A stretch of DNA of 64,000 nucleotides from Octopus bimaculoides. Taxonomy: Eukaryota. This document shows, piece by piece, positions 12,110 to 23,878 of the stretch. A program made the position numbers and the translations under genes. Location: NCBI RefSeq assembly GCF_001194135.2, contig NC_068992.1, positions 59,067,735-59,131,734 on the forward strand, in the 5' to 3' direction. Numbering within the stretch: position 1 is the stretch's first letter; each line of letters starts with the position of its first letter. The notes under the pieces are model-generated. The model worked only from the letters and a program-made list of their open reading frames with translations. It searched no databases and was not told the origin of the DNA.

Positions 12110-12390
12110 TCAGATTCGTCGACATCTAGCCATACGGTTCCGGATTTAGACCCACTGTCTATCACCTTGGGTAAGTGCATTCTACTATTGCCCCGAGCCG
12201 CCGATAGATGCCTTGTGAACGGATTTGGATGACGGAAACTGAAAAAGCCATATATATATATATATANNNNNNNNNNATGTTTATGTACATATGCATGTGT
12301 ATGTGTGTCTTTGTGTTTGTGCTTGTCCCCCATCATCGTATGACAACTGGTGATGGTTTACTTACGTTTCCGTAAATTAACGGTCCGGTA
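12110..12390 (+). mobile_element. tRNA-derived SINE family B, 3'-truncated
   Basis: CACCTTGGGTAAGTG..CTACTATTGCCCCGAGCC..GCCTTGTGAACGGATTTGG..GACGGAAACTGAAAAAGCC, an internal microsatellite, then TGTCCCCC..GACAACTGG..CGTTTCCGTAAATTAACGGTCCGG. Homologous to copies at 23489, 38345 and 61695. Confidence 0.8.
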
Positions 12391-12392
12391 CA

Positions 12393-12670
12393 CAAGATGG
12401 TCTAGCTTACGAGGTAGAAATAAATTTACGTATGATCGGCTGTGAGATGATACAGACTGCTGGTATCTTGTTGAAGTTACCTCAGGCTGCAATGGCAACA
12501 GGACAAGTCCTTTTCCAGAGGTTTTATTTCTCCAACTCATTTATGAAACACAACATGGAGGTAGTAGCAATGGCCTGTATGAACCTGGCGTTGAAAATAG
12601 AGGAATGTCCACGAAGGATTCGAGATACGATAAATGTTTTCCACCATATAAAGCAGTTACGAAGTGGAAA
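12393..12670 (+). pseudogene. CCNL: Cyclin L (CCNL1/2-like) N-terminal cyclin-box fragment, probable processed retrocopy
   Basis: In-frame [92 protein letters not shown] matches cyclin L (QDGL...[40 protein letters not shown]...[28 protein letters not shown]). No introns; in-frame stop at 12378 upstream; no true N- or C-terminus. Confidence 0.9.
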
Positions 12671-14316
12671 CTCTAAATGGAGTGCCAATGATGTTACCTG
12701 GCTGATCCTGTGTGCTCATGGGCTAGACACATCGTCTCCTCCACTGGCTTTACCTGGCTCATGAACCACATCCTAGATGCCATGGTTTGTATATTATCTG
12801 CACTGTCAGCAGAACTCAGAAATTGTGATGGAATTCCCTTCTCTGTTTTCTTCTTTTCTTTCTTTCCTTTCTTTTTCTTTTCTATTTTCTATTTTTTTTT
12901 TTTAAATCTCTTACTCTACTGAGTTGGAGCATTGTTTTGCATTTAACTGATAAGTATTTCTTATGGTTTCTTACTTTGTTACAACAGGAACGAAGGAGCC
13001 TCACTCTACTTTCACATGTTTTAGATAAAATAATAATTTAAATATTGCAGACATTTATTTTTAATTTGTAACAATATTTTTTTAAAAATCTTAAATATAA
13101 ATGAAAAAAATATGTATGTATAAAAATTTATTTAGTGTTAAAGTTTATACATTAAAGTTAGTCACTGTAATATAAAACTATTTTTTAATAATTTTATTAG
13201 ATTATTTACATTTTTGGTCCTTTCAATTTTTAACAAAAATACAATATTTAATTTGAAATAAAATTTGTTTATTTTTGTCTGCAACTTTATAATTGAAGAA
13301 AAAAATTATTTTAATTTAATTCAATCCTAAAATTAACTTTTAATAGTTGAAGTATATTTGTAATTTGTTTGACAAAATGTGTAAACAGGGGCGGCTTCAG
13401 TCGAGACTCAACAGTAAGGAATTTGTCTTCTGGAAGATCTCTCTGCAAATTCATGTCATATATGTTATTCAAGTTATTCTACCAGATAATGAATGATAAG
13501 TGGTGCGTGTGTGTTTGTGTGTATTTATCATGGGATACAAACGATTAGCTACAGGCATGGGCTCAGGCACAACTCTTTGCTACAGTTCATGCCTTTTAGG
13601 GAAAAATCAATTTTACATGAACATCTTTCTTAATGACTTAAAAAACTAACTTTGTATAGTTAATACTTTAACCCTTTAGCATCCAGAAAAGGAACCGGGC
13701 TTAAAGAAAAATAATTAATGTGGTTGATTTGTTGGACTAAAATATTTCAAGCCAATGAGCCAAATTAGCTGCAGTCCAACGACTGCAACAAGTCAAAGAT
13801 AAAACATAAAACATTCATACTCACTCACACGATAGACGCACATCTTCACCTTAATGATGCAATACTCTCATACACAATAAAACGCCTACATCGTTCATAT
13901 ATACATCTAATCCAAATATCTCCAAATTCGAATATTACCTGCCCAGTAAACAACTTAACTCGGTCGAGCACTCGTGAAAATCCATTGCTCAGTATGTTCA
14001 GCATCGTTTCACAAATTTCTTAACAACAATAACTTCACTCTATAATTAGTTTAACTCATTGTCTTCAATAAATATTCGTTTGATATTCAGATCTCATAAC
14101 AAAATAATAACCATAATTTAACTATGATAATCTCTACATGTTTAATTGAAAGATACGTTAATTCTTTCGTGTTTCCTTTGCATAGCAAACGTATGGTGTA
14201 CGAAGTTTCTGTCCACGACTTTATTCAGGTAAGACGCTAAATCTCATGAGATTTATAAATGGCACAATATTCAACTAGTTTCGAGAAGTGAAAACCATCA
14301 TTGCATGCATTGTGTT

Positions 14317-14345
14317 GATAGATAGATAGATAGACAGACAGATAT

Positions 14346-14410
<65 letters not shown>
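14317..14410. repeat. (GATA)n microsatellite
   Basis: Direct inspection. Confidence 0.95.
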
Positions 14411-14411
<1 letters not shown>

Positions 14412-16091
14412 GCAGAGACAGAGAGAGATACACACATACATATATATTTACAGAGAAAGATACTATTTTACACACACACACACGCACACACGCGCGCGCA
14501 TATATATACACATATTTGGCTTGTATTCAAACGAAACTTTTTCTGCGTAAAGAAGTTATTTTTTGTAGGGAAACNNNNNNNNNNNNNNNNNNNNNNNNNN
14601 NNNNNNNNNNNNNNNNNNNNNNNNNNNNNNNNNNNNNNNNNNNNNNNNNNNNNNNNNNNNNNNNNNNNNNNNNNNNNNNNNNNNNNNNNNNNNNNNNNNN
14701 NNNNNNNNNNNNNNNNNNNNNNNNNNNNNNNNNNNNNNNNNNNNNNNNNNNNNNNNNNNNNNNNNNNNNNNNNNNNNNNNNNNNNNNNNNNNNNNNNNNN
14801 NNNNNNNNNNNNNNNNNNNNNNNNNNNNNNNNNNNNNNNNNNNNNNNNNNNNNNNNNNNNNNNNNNNNNNNNNNNNNNNNNNNNNNNNNNNNNNNNNNNN
14901 NNNNNNNNNNNNNNNNNNNNNNNNNNNNNNNNNNNNNNNNNNNNNNNNNNNNNNNNNNNNNNNNNNNNNNNNNNNNNNNNNNNNNNNNNNNNNNNNNNNN
15001 NNNNNNNNNNNNNNNNNNNNNNNNNNNNNNNNNNNNNNNNNNNNNNNNNNNNNNNNNNNNNNNNNNNNNNNNNNNNNNNNNNNNNNNNNNNNNNNNNNNN
15101 NNNNNNNNNNNNNNNNNNNNNNNNNNNNNNNNNNNNNNNNNNNNNNNNNNNNNNNNNATATATACATGCTTTCGGCGGCGGATGTTATTTACATTTTAAT
15201 CAATTTATCATTCTCCACGCGTAGTAATATAAAACATCGCAATATGAGATTGTTCCAGTTTGTTGAGAGATTTATCTAATTATAACCTGTACCAACACAA
15301 ACATTTCTAAATATCTCATTGAAATTTCTATGGTCGAAATGCAGATTTTCTAATATTTTGCGTTGAATTCATTTGAAAATGAATTCTCTTCTCTTCTTCC
15401 AATTAAGTGGGCATGTAAATAATTGCAATTTTGCCTCAGTAATTTGTGCAAGGTGGTATAAATTGACAGGTACATGAATTTGTTCCAGGATGTAGCCTCA
15501 TTGGACTAAAATCAAAACATCATTTTATTCATTTAAGTGACTTTAATCTTAAACATGTGCGGTCTTTTGTTTCCCGTCTCTAGCTTCTCGGTTGAATGCT
15601 TACAAATGTGTAATATTATAGAATAGCCTAGCTTTGAAAGAAAATGTTTGCGATTTTATCATAAAAGCTATTGTCATCAAGACTATATACTTGGCATATT
15701 CATTTCTCTCTCCTTTTCTTTTCATTTGTTCAAACCAACTTTATATTTATTTATGGAAACAAAGAGGGGAAAAAACGCTATTATCTTTTCATATTAATTT
15801 AAAAAGCAATTCGCGTTGAATCATAAATTGAAATAACATTGTTGAAAATGCCATGGCAACATTCAATCAGCTGAAATCTGTTGTTTTAATTGTATCTCTT
15901 TCATTTTATATAATTTTATATAATTTCAAAATATTTCTACCCTTCTTCTAGCTGAAAGGCCTCAAATCAAGTCGAAATTGCAGTCCTTTAATTGTCAAAC
16001 TGACATATTCTCTCCGGGAGTTATAAGCCCAGAATTATTTCAGAGTAAATCTAGAAATAATCTTCTGATACAAAATTAATTAATATGCAGA

Positions 16092-16215
16092 CGAAGGCAG
16101 CGAACCGGACAAATACTTGGCATTCATCTGTATCAACTTTCTGAGTTCAAATTCCGCCGAGGTCGCTTTTGCTTTTCCTCTTTTCAGAATCGATGAAATA
16201 AGTACCAGTCGGACA
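16092..16215 (+). mobile_element. SINE family A fragment
   Basis: TTCTGAGTTCAAATTCCGCCGAGGTCGCTTTTGC...GATGAAATAAGTACCAGT. Confidence 0.8.
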
Positions 16216-16983
16216 CATGTAATTGACGGCCCTCTCCTACTCCAGCTAATTTCGAGCCTTCTGTATATAGTACAAAGAATTAGTTAATATGCATACGTAG
16301 AATTGACAGAGTCAACAGAGATGTCATGCCGGATCTCCGCGTTTTAAGTTCAACTCCCAACGAGACAACTTTGTAACTCGTTCTTTCGTGGGCCACAAAA
16401 TATACCGGAATTGATACTGTAGCAGTGTCTCTCCAGGTTGTTTACCTTCTGAAAGCAACATGTGCGATGAAACATGCTTAGCTGTATCGGTCTTGTCTTT
16501 CCTTTGGGTATTAGTTGTGTGGAGAGACAATGTTTACATACACTGGCCACTATTAATCTTCCACAAAACAAACTTTATCCAGACAGTCCTGCACATATTT
16601 ACAGGTACATGGTAAGCCCTGACCTTGGCAGGCCTTATATGTAATTAACAAGCTCTATCGTGGTGTTAACTAATCTTTTCCTTTGTATTTTAAATTTTAG
16701 TCTTTGTGAAAGTGGAATTTTTTACTGTTCAGGAGTCTGTAGTTAACTCTATAGAACTGGTGCTTTTTCTATCCACCACGAAAGGATAGAAAGGCAAAAA
16801 TGATCACGGCAGATTTTGAACAAAGAACGTAAGGAATCGGAGGTAATATCCCCTCGCTGTCGATTCTGCCCGCTCAACGCCTGCAAATGAACTGATCTTC
16901 CGTAAGGTACAACGCGCTGCACTATCCTTAAATCGAGCCCATAAGCTTACGAAACGTGTACGCGGCTCTTCATTCAACTATAT

Positions 16984-17204
16984 GTATTGGTTTCAAATTT
17001 TGGCGCAAGGTCAGCAAGTCCGGAGTGGGAATAAGTCAATTACATCCACCCCAGTGCTCAACTGGTCCTTATTTTATCGACCCCGGAAAGGAGGAAGGAA
17101 TGAAAGGCAAATCGATCTCGGTGACTTTTGAAATCAGAACATACAGACGGACGAAATAAGCATTTTACCCGCCGTGCTAACGATTCTGCCAGCTCGCTGC
17201 CTTA
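16984..17204 (-). mobile_element. SINE family A, near full length
   Basis: Ends in GCTAACGATTCTGCCAGCTCGCTGCCTT (reverse complement of the head); body and tail motifs present. Confidence 0.9.
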
Positions 17205-17599
17205 ATTAAACTATATAAATTTAATCTCACTCGACACCGCTCTTCACCATGGTGACAGCTTGGATCAACTTTTAATGAACTATCAAAATAATTAAATGGA
17301 TTTATGTATTAGTAAAGTCAACACAGATACGCTGTGAAGTGTCAGGATTTGGGATTTAATTAACGTAAGCCGTTACAAGAGACATGCCTTCAAAACCACC
17401 AACAGTATTGCCATAGCCATGGATGAAATCTGATATGCACTGCTTCACATGCCTACGAGTCGAATGATGTTGAAACGATGTTTTGGAACAATGTAATCCA
17501 ATTGGATAGGGAACACATTCGTAGTGTAACAGTAGGGAAGAATCGAAGTTTCCGAGAAACGATCTGTACTGAATCGGATCATTGGAATCAGTGCTTTGA

Positions 17600-17601
<2 letters not shown>

Positions 17602-17667
<66 letters not shown>

Positions 17668-17800
17668 CATACATACATACACACATACATACATACAAAC
17701 ATACATACGTACGTACATACGTACATACATACATACATACAAACATACATACATACATACATACATACATACATACATTCATACATACATACATACATAC
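17602..17800. repeat. Compound (TA)n/(TACA)n microsatellite
   Basis: Direct inspection. Confidence 0.95.
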
Positions 17801-20116
17801 ATTAGCAGGAGCGCCCAAAATTAATTCGCCTGATGCTACTTAGACATGTTATCAAATTCTATACCGTTATTTATTGAAGTTTTAGCTTTTAAGAAAAAAC
17901 GCTCAGCATGTTATGAGAATACAAACAGCTTCCGTGAATTTCATGCGTCGCATTAGAATTGTAAGTTGCATTAGAAATGTAAGTGGAACTAGAATATTCT
18001 TAAACAATAAATGAAACCGGTTCTCGAATCATGCGAGTCAGAAATTTACCTCTTGGCTTACAAGTTTTTTTTTTTGTTTCTTTTTGTGAATGTCAATAAG
18101 ATATTTGATTACAAACTGGATAACCTGAGAAATGACACTGTTCTTTGAACGATGAGACAAAGACCTCTTCTATGGCAATATTTGCTAAAATAATAAACAG
18201 ATAATAGAATATTGAAATCATATTTAAAATTAGTCAGTTGAAAAATTTGAGGAGTGTCTGTATTTCAATGCAATTGTGTTTTTATAAAAAGCGTTCAGTG
18301 GATTTGTAAGTGCAAAAGGTGAAAAAGTGTGTACAACGTTTATTTTGGGTTACNNNNNNNNNNAGTGTGTACAACGTTTATTTTGGGTTACTGCATGATC
18401 TGGCGAGTGTGAGTGTGTCTGTGCATGTGTCTGTGTATGTGTCAGTCATACACGATCTATATTTTCGTGTTATACTTACATACGTGTGTGCGTGAGCATC
18501 TGCGTCTATATAATTTTGTTATATCTAAATGTCTTGTTATGTTCTATTTAAATATTTTAATGTTTTGTTGTTTTTTTTTTGTTTTTTGCTATAATCGTAT
18601 TTGTAGTCTACTATATTNNNNNNNNNNCCAGTAAATCTTTTAGACGAACTTGTGTATTTTTCAAATTTGTGTTTATTATATGATCAGAGAAAATACAGAA
18701 CAAAATCTAGCCAGGAACATGAAATAAAACAATATAGATAGGTGATTAATAATTTGAGGGATATTCAACCATCAATGTCGCATCTAAACAAACTGAAGAT
18801 TCAAAGATTTTAATGAGGGAGTGGTTTATTGATTAAACGAATATTTATGGTGGGGTTTCTATTCCGTCTAAGAACATAAACACCAGCTACTTGCATATTT
18901 GTGTTCAAACCTGCCAGAGAGTATAAACGTTAAATAGGTAAATCATTGTTCCGAACTCTACACAGTGTAAAGAACGATTTTTCATCGGTTGGCAGATATC
19001 AGCACTGATCAGCAAACAGTTTTGTTCGCTGAAATTATAAACAAAATCACTGTTTTGTTTGTTTAGACACAACATATAGAAACACAGGTGTCCCAGAATC
19101 CCTTGTACCAACGAACCGGGTGTATTACGAACACGTTTTCGTCATAAAAAAGGGAAGTTGTTCTCCTGTGACGTACAAAGCTGCAACTAGCACATTTGCG
19201 TTCGAATTTGCCGGAATGTTTTAAGAATAATATTCAAAGCACCATGTCATATCTTGCTGTACACAATGCAAATAACGGTCCCTTAGTCTAAAAACAATCT
19301 CAGTATTAGAAAGACAAGACTATCTCTGCGGTGATAAAGAATATTGTGTCGCATAGCGTAAACTTCTAATTAACGGAGACGTCAACCATAATCGAATTTA
19401 TGTCCTTTGGCTTTTTCTCCTTAACACGATAATTACATTGCATTAATAATAACAACAATTCCCCTTTTCTTAGATTAAGGGATCTAAATATATGCCAAGA
19501 GGTCGATTTCTGATATGCATGATTTCAGAACCAGTTTCTATCTTTATCGAAGTATATATANNNNNNNNNNNNNNNNNNNNNNNNNNNNNNNNNNNNNNNN
19601 NNNNNNNNNNNNNNNNNNNNNNNNNNNNNNNNNNNNNNNNNNNNNNNNNNNNNNNNNNNNNNNNNNNNNNNNNNNNNNNNNNNNNNNNNNNNNNNNNNNN
19701 NNNNNNNNNNNNNNNNNNNNNNNNNNNNNNNNNNNNNNNNNNNNNNNNNNNNNNNNNNNNNNNNNNNNNNNNNNNNNNNNNNNNNNNNNNNNNNNNNNNN
19801 NNNNNNNNNNNNNNNNNNNNNNNNNNNNNNNNNNNNNNNNNNNNNNNNNNNNNNNNNNNNNNNNNNNNNNNNNNNNNNNNNNNNNNNNNNNNNNNNNNNN
19901 NNNNNNNNNNNNNNNNNNNNNNNNNNNNNNNNNNNNNNNNNNNNNNNNNNNNNNNNNNNNNNNNNNNNNNNNNNNNNNNNNNNNNNNNNNNNNNNNNNNN
20001 NNNNNNNNNNNNNNNNNNNNNNNNNNNNNNNNNNNNNNNNNNNNNNNNNNNNNNNNNNNNNNNNNNNNNNNNNNNNNNNNNNNNNNNNNNNNNNNNNNNN
20101 NNNNNNNNNNNNNNNN

Positions 20117-20168
<52 letters not shown>

Positions 20169-20339
20169 GCACACAAACATACATATGTGTTCAGATTAAA
20201 TTTAATGAAGTTTTATGTCTCCCTTTTTTCAAGAAGAGCTCGAGGTTTTCTTGAACAGCTAACGGTTTTGGAGGGCATACAGATTGTAGTAGTAGTTGAG
20301 AAGTCGTTAACTGAGATGGTGTATTGGAAGCCAACTTGA

Positions 20340-20960
20340 GTATTGGAAAAGAGTTACCTGTATCATGAATACTTGGTGTGCCGAATGTCAAATTACCGAC
20401 ATCATAATTGTTGCTCAATACTCTGTGAACATTGTAAGATTGCAAGGCATGACGTTTACAGCTACAACAGAGACTACGAAACACTGGTCAGCAGCAAGGC
20501 ACAAAGCAGGCGTTCAGACTGCTCCGCAATCCCAGAATTCGTCACCACTACTTTGAAGAGAGCCTTAGGCTCAATTCAGACAGCTATGCGAAGCTGCTGG
20601 AGGTTATGTTCAAATCCTAACTTGAGAAAATTTCTACTCGACGATCAGATGTGTGGCAGCACGATTCGGTTCCTGACCATAGCCAAAAGTGTCAGAAGTC
20701 GTTGTCAGAGAATATGTACGACTAGACCCAATATTTAGCCTACTCATTCCCCCCTCCCGATTGTAATCCCATAGGTTAGTGTTTGTGGTGCGGTTGAGAA
20801 GGGCATCAACCGCTTTGCCTGCAACACCAAAATTGAGCTGATGGCCAAGATCTAGGAGGTGTTCAAGGATTTTCCACAGATACAATGAGGAATGCATGCG
20901 CCATGTTCCAGACCCGTCTTGAGGTCGTGGCAAGGGGTGCAAATGAGTGCAGCGATATCA
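20340..20960 (+). mobile_element. Degenerate Tc1/mariner transposase, C-terminal half (related to the element at 62699)
   Basis: LRLNSDSYAKLLEV...VWQHDSVPDH...PDCNP..CLWCAVE...MRNACAMFQTRLEVV resembles YVWQQDSAPCH...SPDCNPLDYYVW...KACRRFRSRLEAV. Confidence 0.8.
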
Positions 20961-22726
20961 AACTCTCTTATTCACCAAATTCCACATATCAGAGGAAGCT
21001 CTCAAAAATAACAGTATGTATATATATANNNNNNNNNNNNNNNNNNNNNNNNNNNNNNNNNNNNNNNNNNNNNNNNNNNNNNNNNNNNNNNNNNNNNNNN
21101 NNNNATATATATATATATATATATATAAAACGTTACATATATTTAACTCTTTGATGGCTATTTCTGACCTGTAATTTCTCAAGAAGTATCTTCGATTCAT
21201 TGTAAAAGTTCAATTGATTAAATAATACATTAAGCAAATAAATATATAATTATCTTAGTTCTCTTATTTTATTGTTGGGTTATCTTGGACATGAGAATGC
21301 CTCGTAATTGCTTTAACTGTTGTAGAATCAAAATTTACAAAAAAAACTAGAAATTTGATAATTTTTAGACGAAGCATTTGCATAACTTTTCAGCGAACAA
21401 GAAACCTTTTGAGGTACCTTTGTTTTTGCTAAGTGTAACAGAACTTTAATTCGGTTCTAAAAGTTAACGAAACACTCGCTGACTTATAACTCTTTCCATT
21501 ATATTTATTAAGGCTGGGTATTTTCGGCGCCCAACTGACACGACAGAATATGTCACAGCCAGTAAGTATGCTTCGAATGGAAGGGATTATTGGTGGGCGT
21601 GCTCTTTTGGGGAAAAGATTTTTGCTATGAGGATGGGCTTACAACATTTATGCTGATCGCTTGGAAAACAACCTTTAGTTTCACCATATAATGATGTTCA
21701 TGCGTGTATATTCTGAATATGTGTGCATGTGTGTGTATTCTGTGTGTGTGCGTGTGTGAATGGGAATATTAATTACTACGTGATACTATGAATTAATTCA
21801 CGTGTGTGTGCGTGTCTATATGTGTGTGTGTATGTGCACGAGACAATGTGTTTATCTGTGTAGGAGAGTGATTGAAAGAAAGTATCAAATCTACTTAGTC
21901 TCTCTCTTGGAAAACAAAAAACACCAGAAAGAGAAGATGAATGATGAAATTATTTTTAAAAGATCACCTGAAATTGTAAACATGTAGCGATATAATTAGA
22001 ACGTGGAGGATGTAATTGCTAACGTGATAAAATGAAATTACAAGAGCTTTTTATAAGATGCTTCACTTTAGGTAAAGCAATATATTTAACGGTCCTATTA
22101 TTTATTTTTCGTAGAAGATTAATTTTAAAATGTTACAAATGACAGAAATTTTTTTCTTCTTCCATGTAAAACGCCTCCTTTTGAGAAACACTTTGAATCA
22201 AATTTCATGCAAATTTCATATACAGTATCTTCTTTTATTGAGCTGTGCTTTCTTTTCATTTTGCTTTTTAACAATTTTTCATCGTTTCATCTCCAACTAG
22301 AAGAGTGTTTACGGAGATCATTGATGTGTTTTCTGGTTTAACTAATTTTCATAATAACCAAGATTGGAAATATATAAAACAATTCTTAGCAAATGTGTTA
22401 TGTTCTATGTTTCCTTTATTTATTTATTTAGCATTTTGAATGATATTATATAGCTGCAGTCAGGTACTGAAGTTCAGTTACTGATTGGAATCACAGGTAC
22501 TTTCTTCTAATCAATTACCATCAATAAATACATATATAGATGTATGCATATATATATATATATATANNNNNNNNNNNNNNNNNNNNNNNNNNNNNNNNNN
22601 NNNNNNNNNNNNNNNNNNNNNNNNNNNNNNNNNNNNNNNNNNNNNNNNNNNNNNNNNNNNNNNNNNNNATATATGTATACACACACACACACACATATAT
22701 ATATACACATATTTTATAGGTGCATG

Positions 22727-22764
<38 letters not shown>

Positions 22765-22888
22765 TGTATGAGTAGGTATGTAAATATGTATGAATATATA
22801 TATATATATATATATATTAGATAAATCGTATGGTATACACCCGGTAGCTTACCAGTAAAGCACGTTCACTGCCACAATGTCCTTTAGG

Positions 22889-23436
22889 TATTTGATTGAT
22901 GAGAAAGATGGAAGATGGAAGATGGAAGATACGGGAATGTTTATTTATCACTGCAATTGTTTCGACCCATCTAGCATGTATCCTTCACGAGTGAGATACT
23001 TAACAACTGATTTAGGAGTATCCGACAGTATAGATGTGTCTCTTCAGGTGATTAAAAGACGTATTTCGTCAAAATAACGACTGTTCCGTATACAAAGGAT
23101 ACAGCTTCATCTTATATAAGATCAGTAATGAATAACAGATGCAAAAAGTAACGAATACACAATACAGCGAAAAAAGTATTAAAAGGTTTAAGAAGTATTT
23201 AATACTTTTATAAATCTTATATAAAATGAAGGTGTATCCTTGAATTTTCTGCTTTTCAGTACACAAACCGAGAATCTTGTAATCACCTAAAGAGACACAT
23301 CTACACCGTCGGATACTCCTAAACTAGTAGATGAATACCCCACCCGTGCGGGATCGATGCTAGCTGGGTCGAAACAATTGTAGTAAGTAATAAACATTCT
23401 CATATCCTCCGTCTTCTATCTCTCATTAATCAAGTG
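22889..23436. mobile_element. Foldback element (~170-bp outer arms plus inner matching blocks), possibly inverted Penelope-type terminal repeats
   Basis: Left TTGTTTCGACCCATCTAGCAT...TTTAGGAGTATCCGACAGTATAGATGTGTCTCTTCAGGTGATTA is the reverse complement of right TAATCACCTAAAGAGACACATCTACACCGTCGGATACTCCTAAA...ATGCTAGCTGGGTCGAAACAA. Confidence 0.85.
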
Positions 23437-23488
23437 CGTGTGCATGTGTGTGTGTGTATGTATGTATGTATGTATGTATGTATGTATA

Positions 23489-23621
23489 GGCGCAGATGTG
23501 GTTATATAGTAAAAAGCTTGCTTTCCAACTATAAGCATCTGAATTCAGTCCACTACATAGAGCCTCGGGTCGACCAGACTTGTAAGTAGATTTCGTAGAT
23601 GGAAAGTGAAAAAAGACCATC

Positions 23622-23652
<31 letters not shown>

Positions 23653-23878
23653 TCTGTGTCTGTGTGTGTGCGTGTGTGTGTCTTTGTGTTTGTGGTCGAC
23701 CCCTCCGCCACCGCTTAACAACTGGTATTGGTGCATTTAGGTCCCCCGTAACTTAGCGGTTCGGCAAGAACCCCATAGAATAAATAACAGCTTTTAAAAT
23801 GGCGTCAATTCATTCGGCTACATATTTTGAAGCCGGTGCCCCAGTATGGCCGCAGTCTAATGCCTGAAACAAGCCAAT
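23489..23878 (+). mobile_element. SINE family B, near full length
   Basis: Head GGCGCAGATGTGGTTATATAGTAAAAAGCTTGCTTTCCAAC, internal (GT)n, CCCCGTAACTTAGCGGTTCGGCAA, tail GGTGCCCCAGTATGGCCGCAGTCTAATGCCTGAAACAAG. Confidence 0.85.

Noticed and set aside
12393-12670. Cyclin L segment as a genuine exon of the functional gene
   Set aside because: No polypyrimidine acceptor upstream (SINE sequence instead), no GT donor at the end of homology, no other CCNL exons in the window, and a substitution at a conserved Ser.
13020-13380. Very AT-rich block as a mitochondrial insertion
   Set aside because: No mitochondrial tRNA, rRNA or protein motif recognised.
16470-16600. WD40-like reading on the minus strand (LWKINSGQCM*TLSLHT) and a CTR1-like QTVLHI on the plus strand
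   Set aside because: Both are short matches; the WD40 reading needs a stop and a frameshift, and surrounding residues support neither family.
18326-18391. 28-bp direct repeat either side of a 10-N gap
   Set aside because: Typical unmerged contig overlap; assembly artefact.
21513-21561. Possible 49-nt micro-exon (AGYFRRPTDTTEYVTA) ending at GTAAGT
   Set aside because: Weak AAG acceptor, no homology, and expected by chance in 64 kb.
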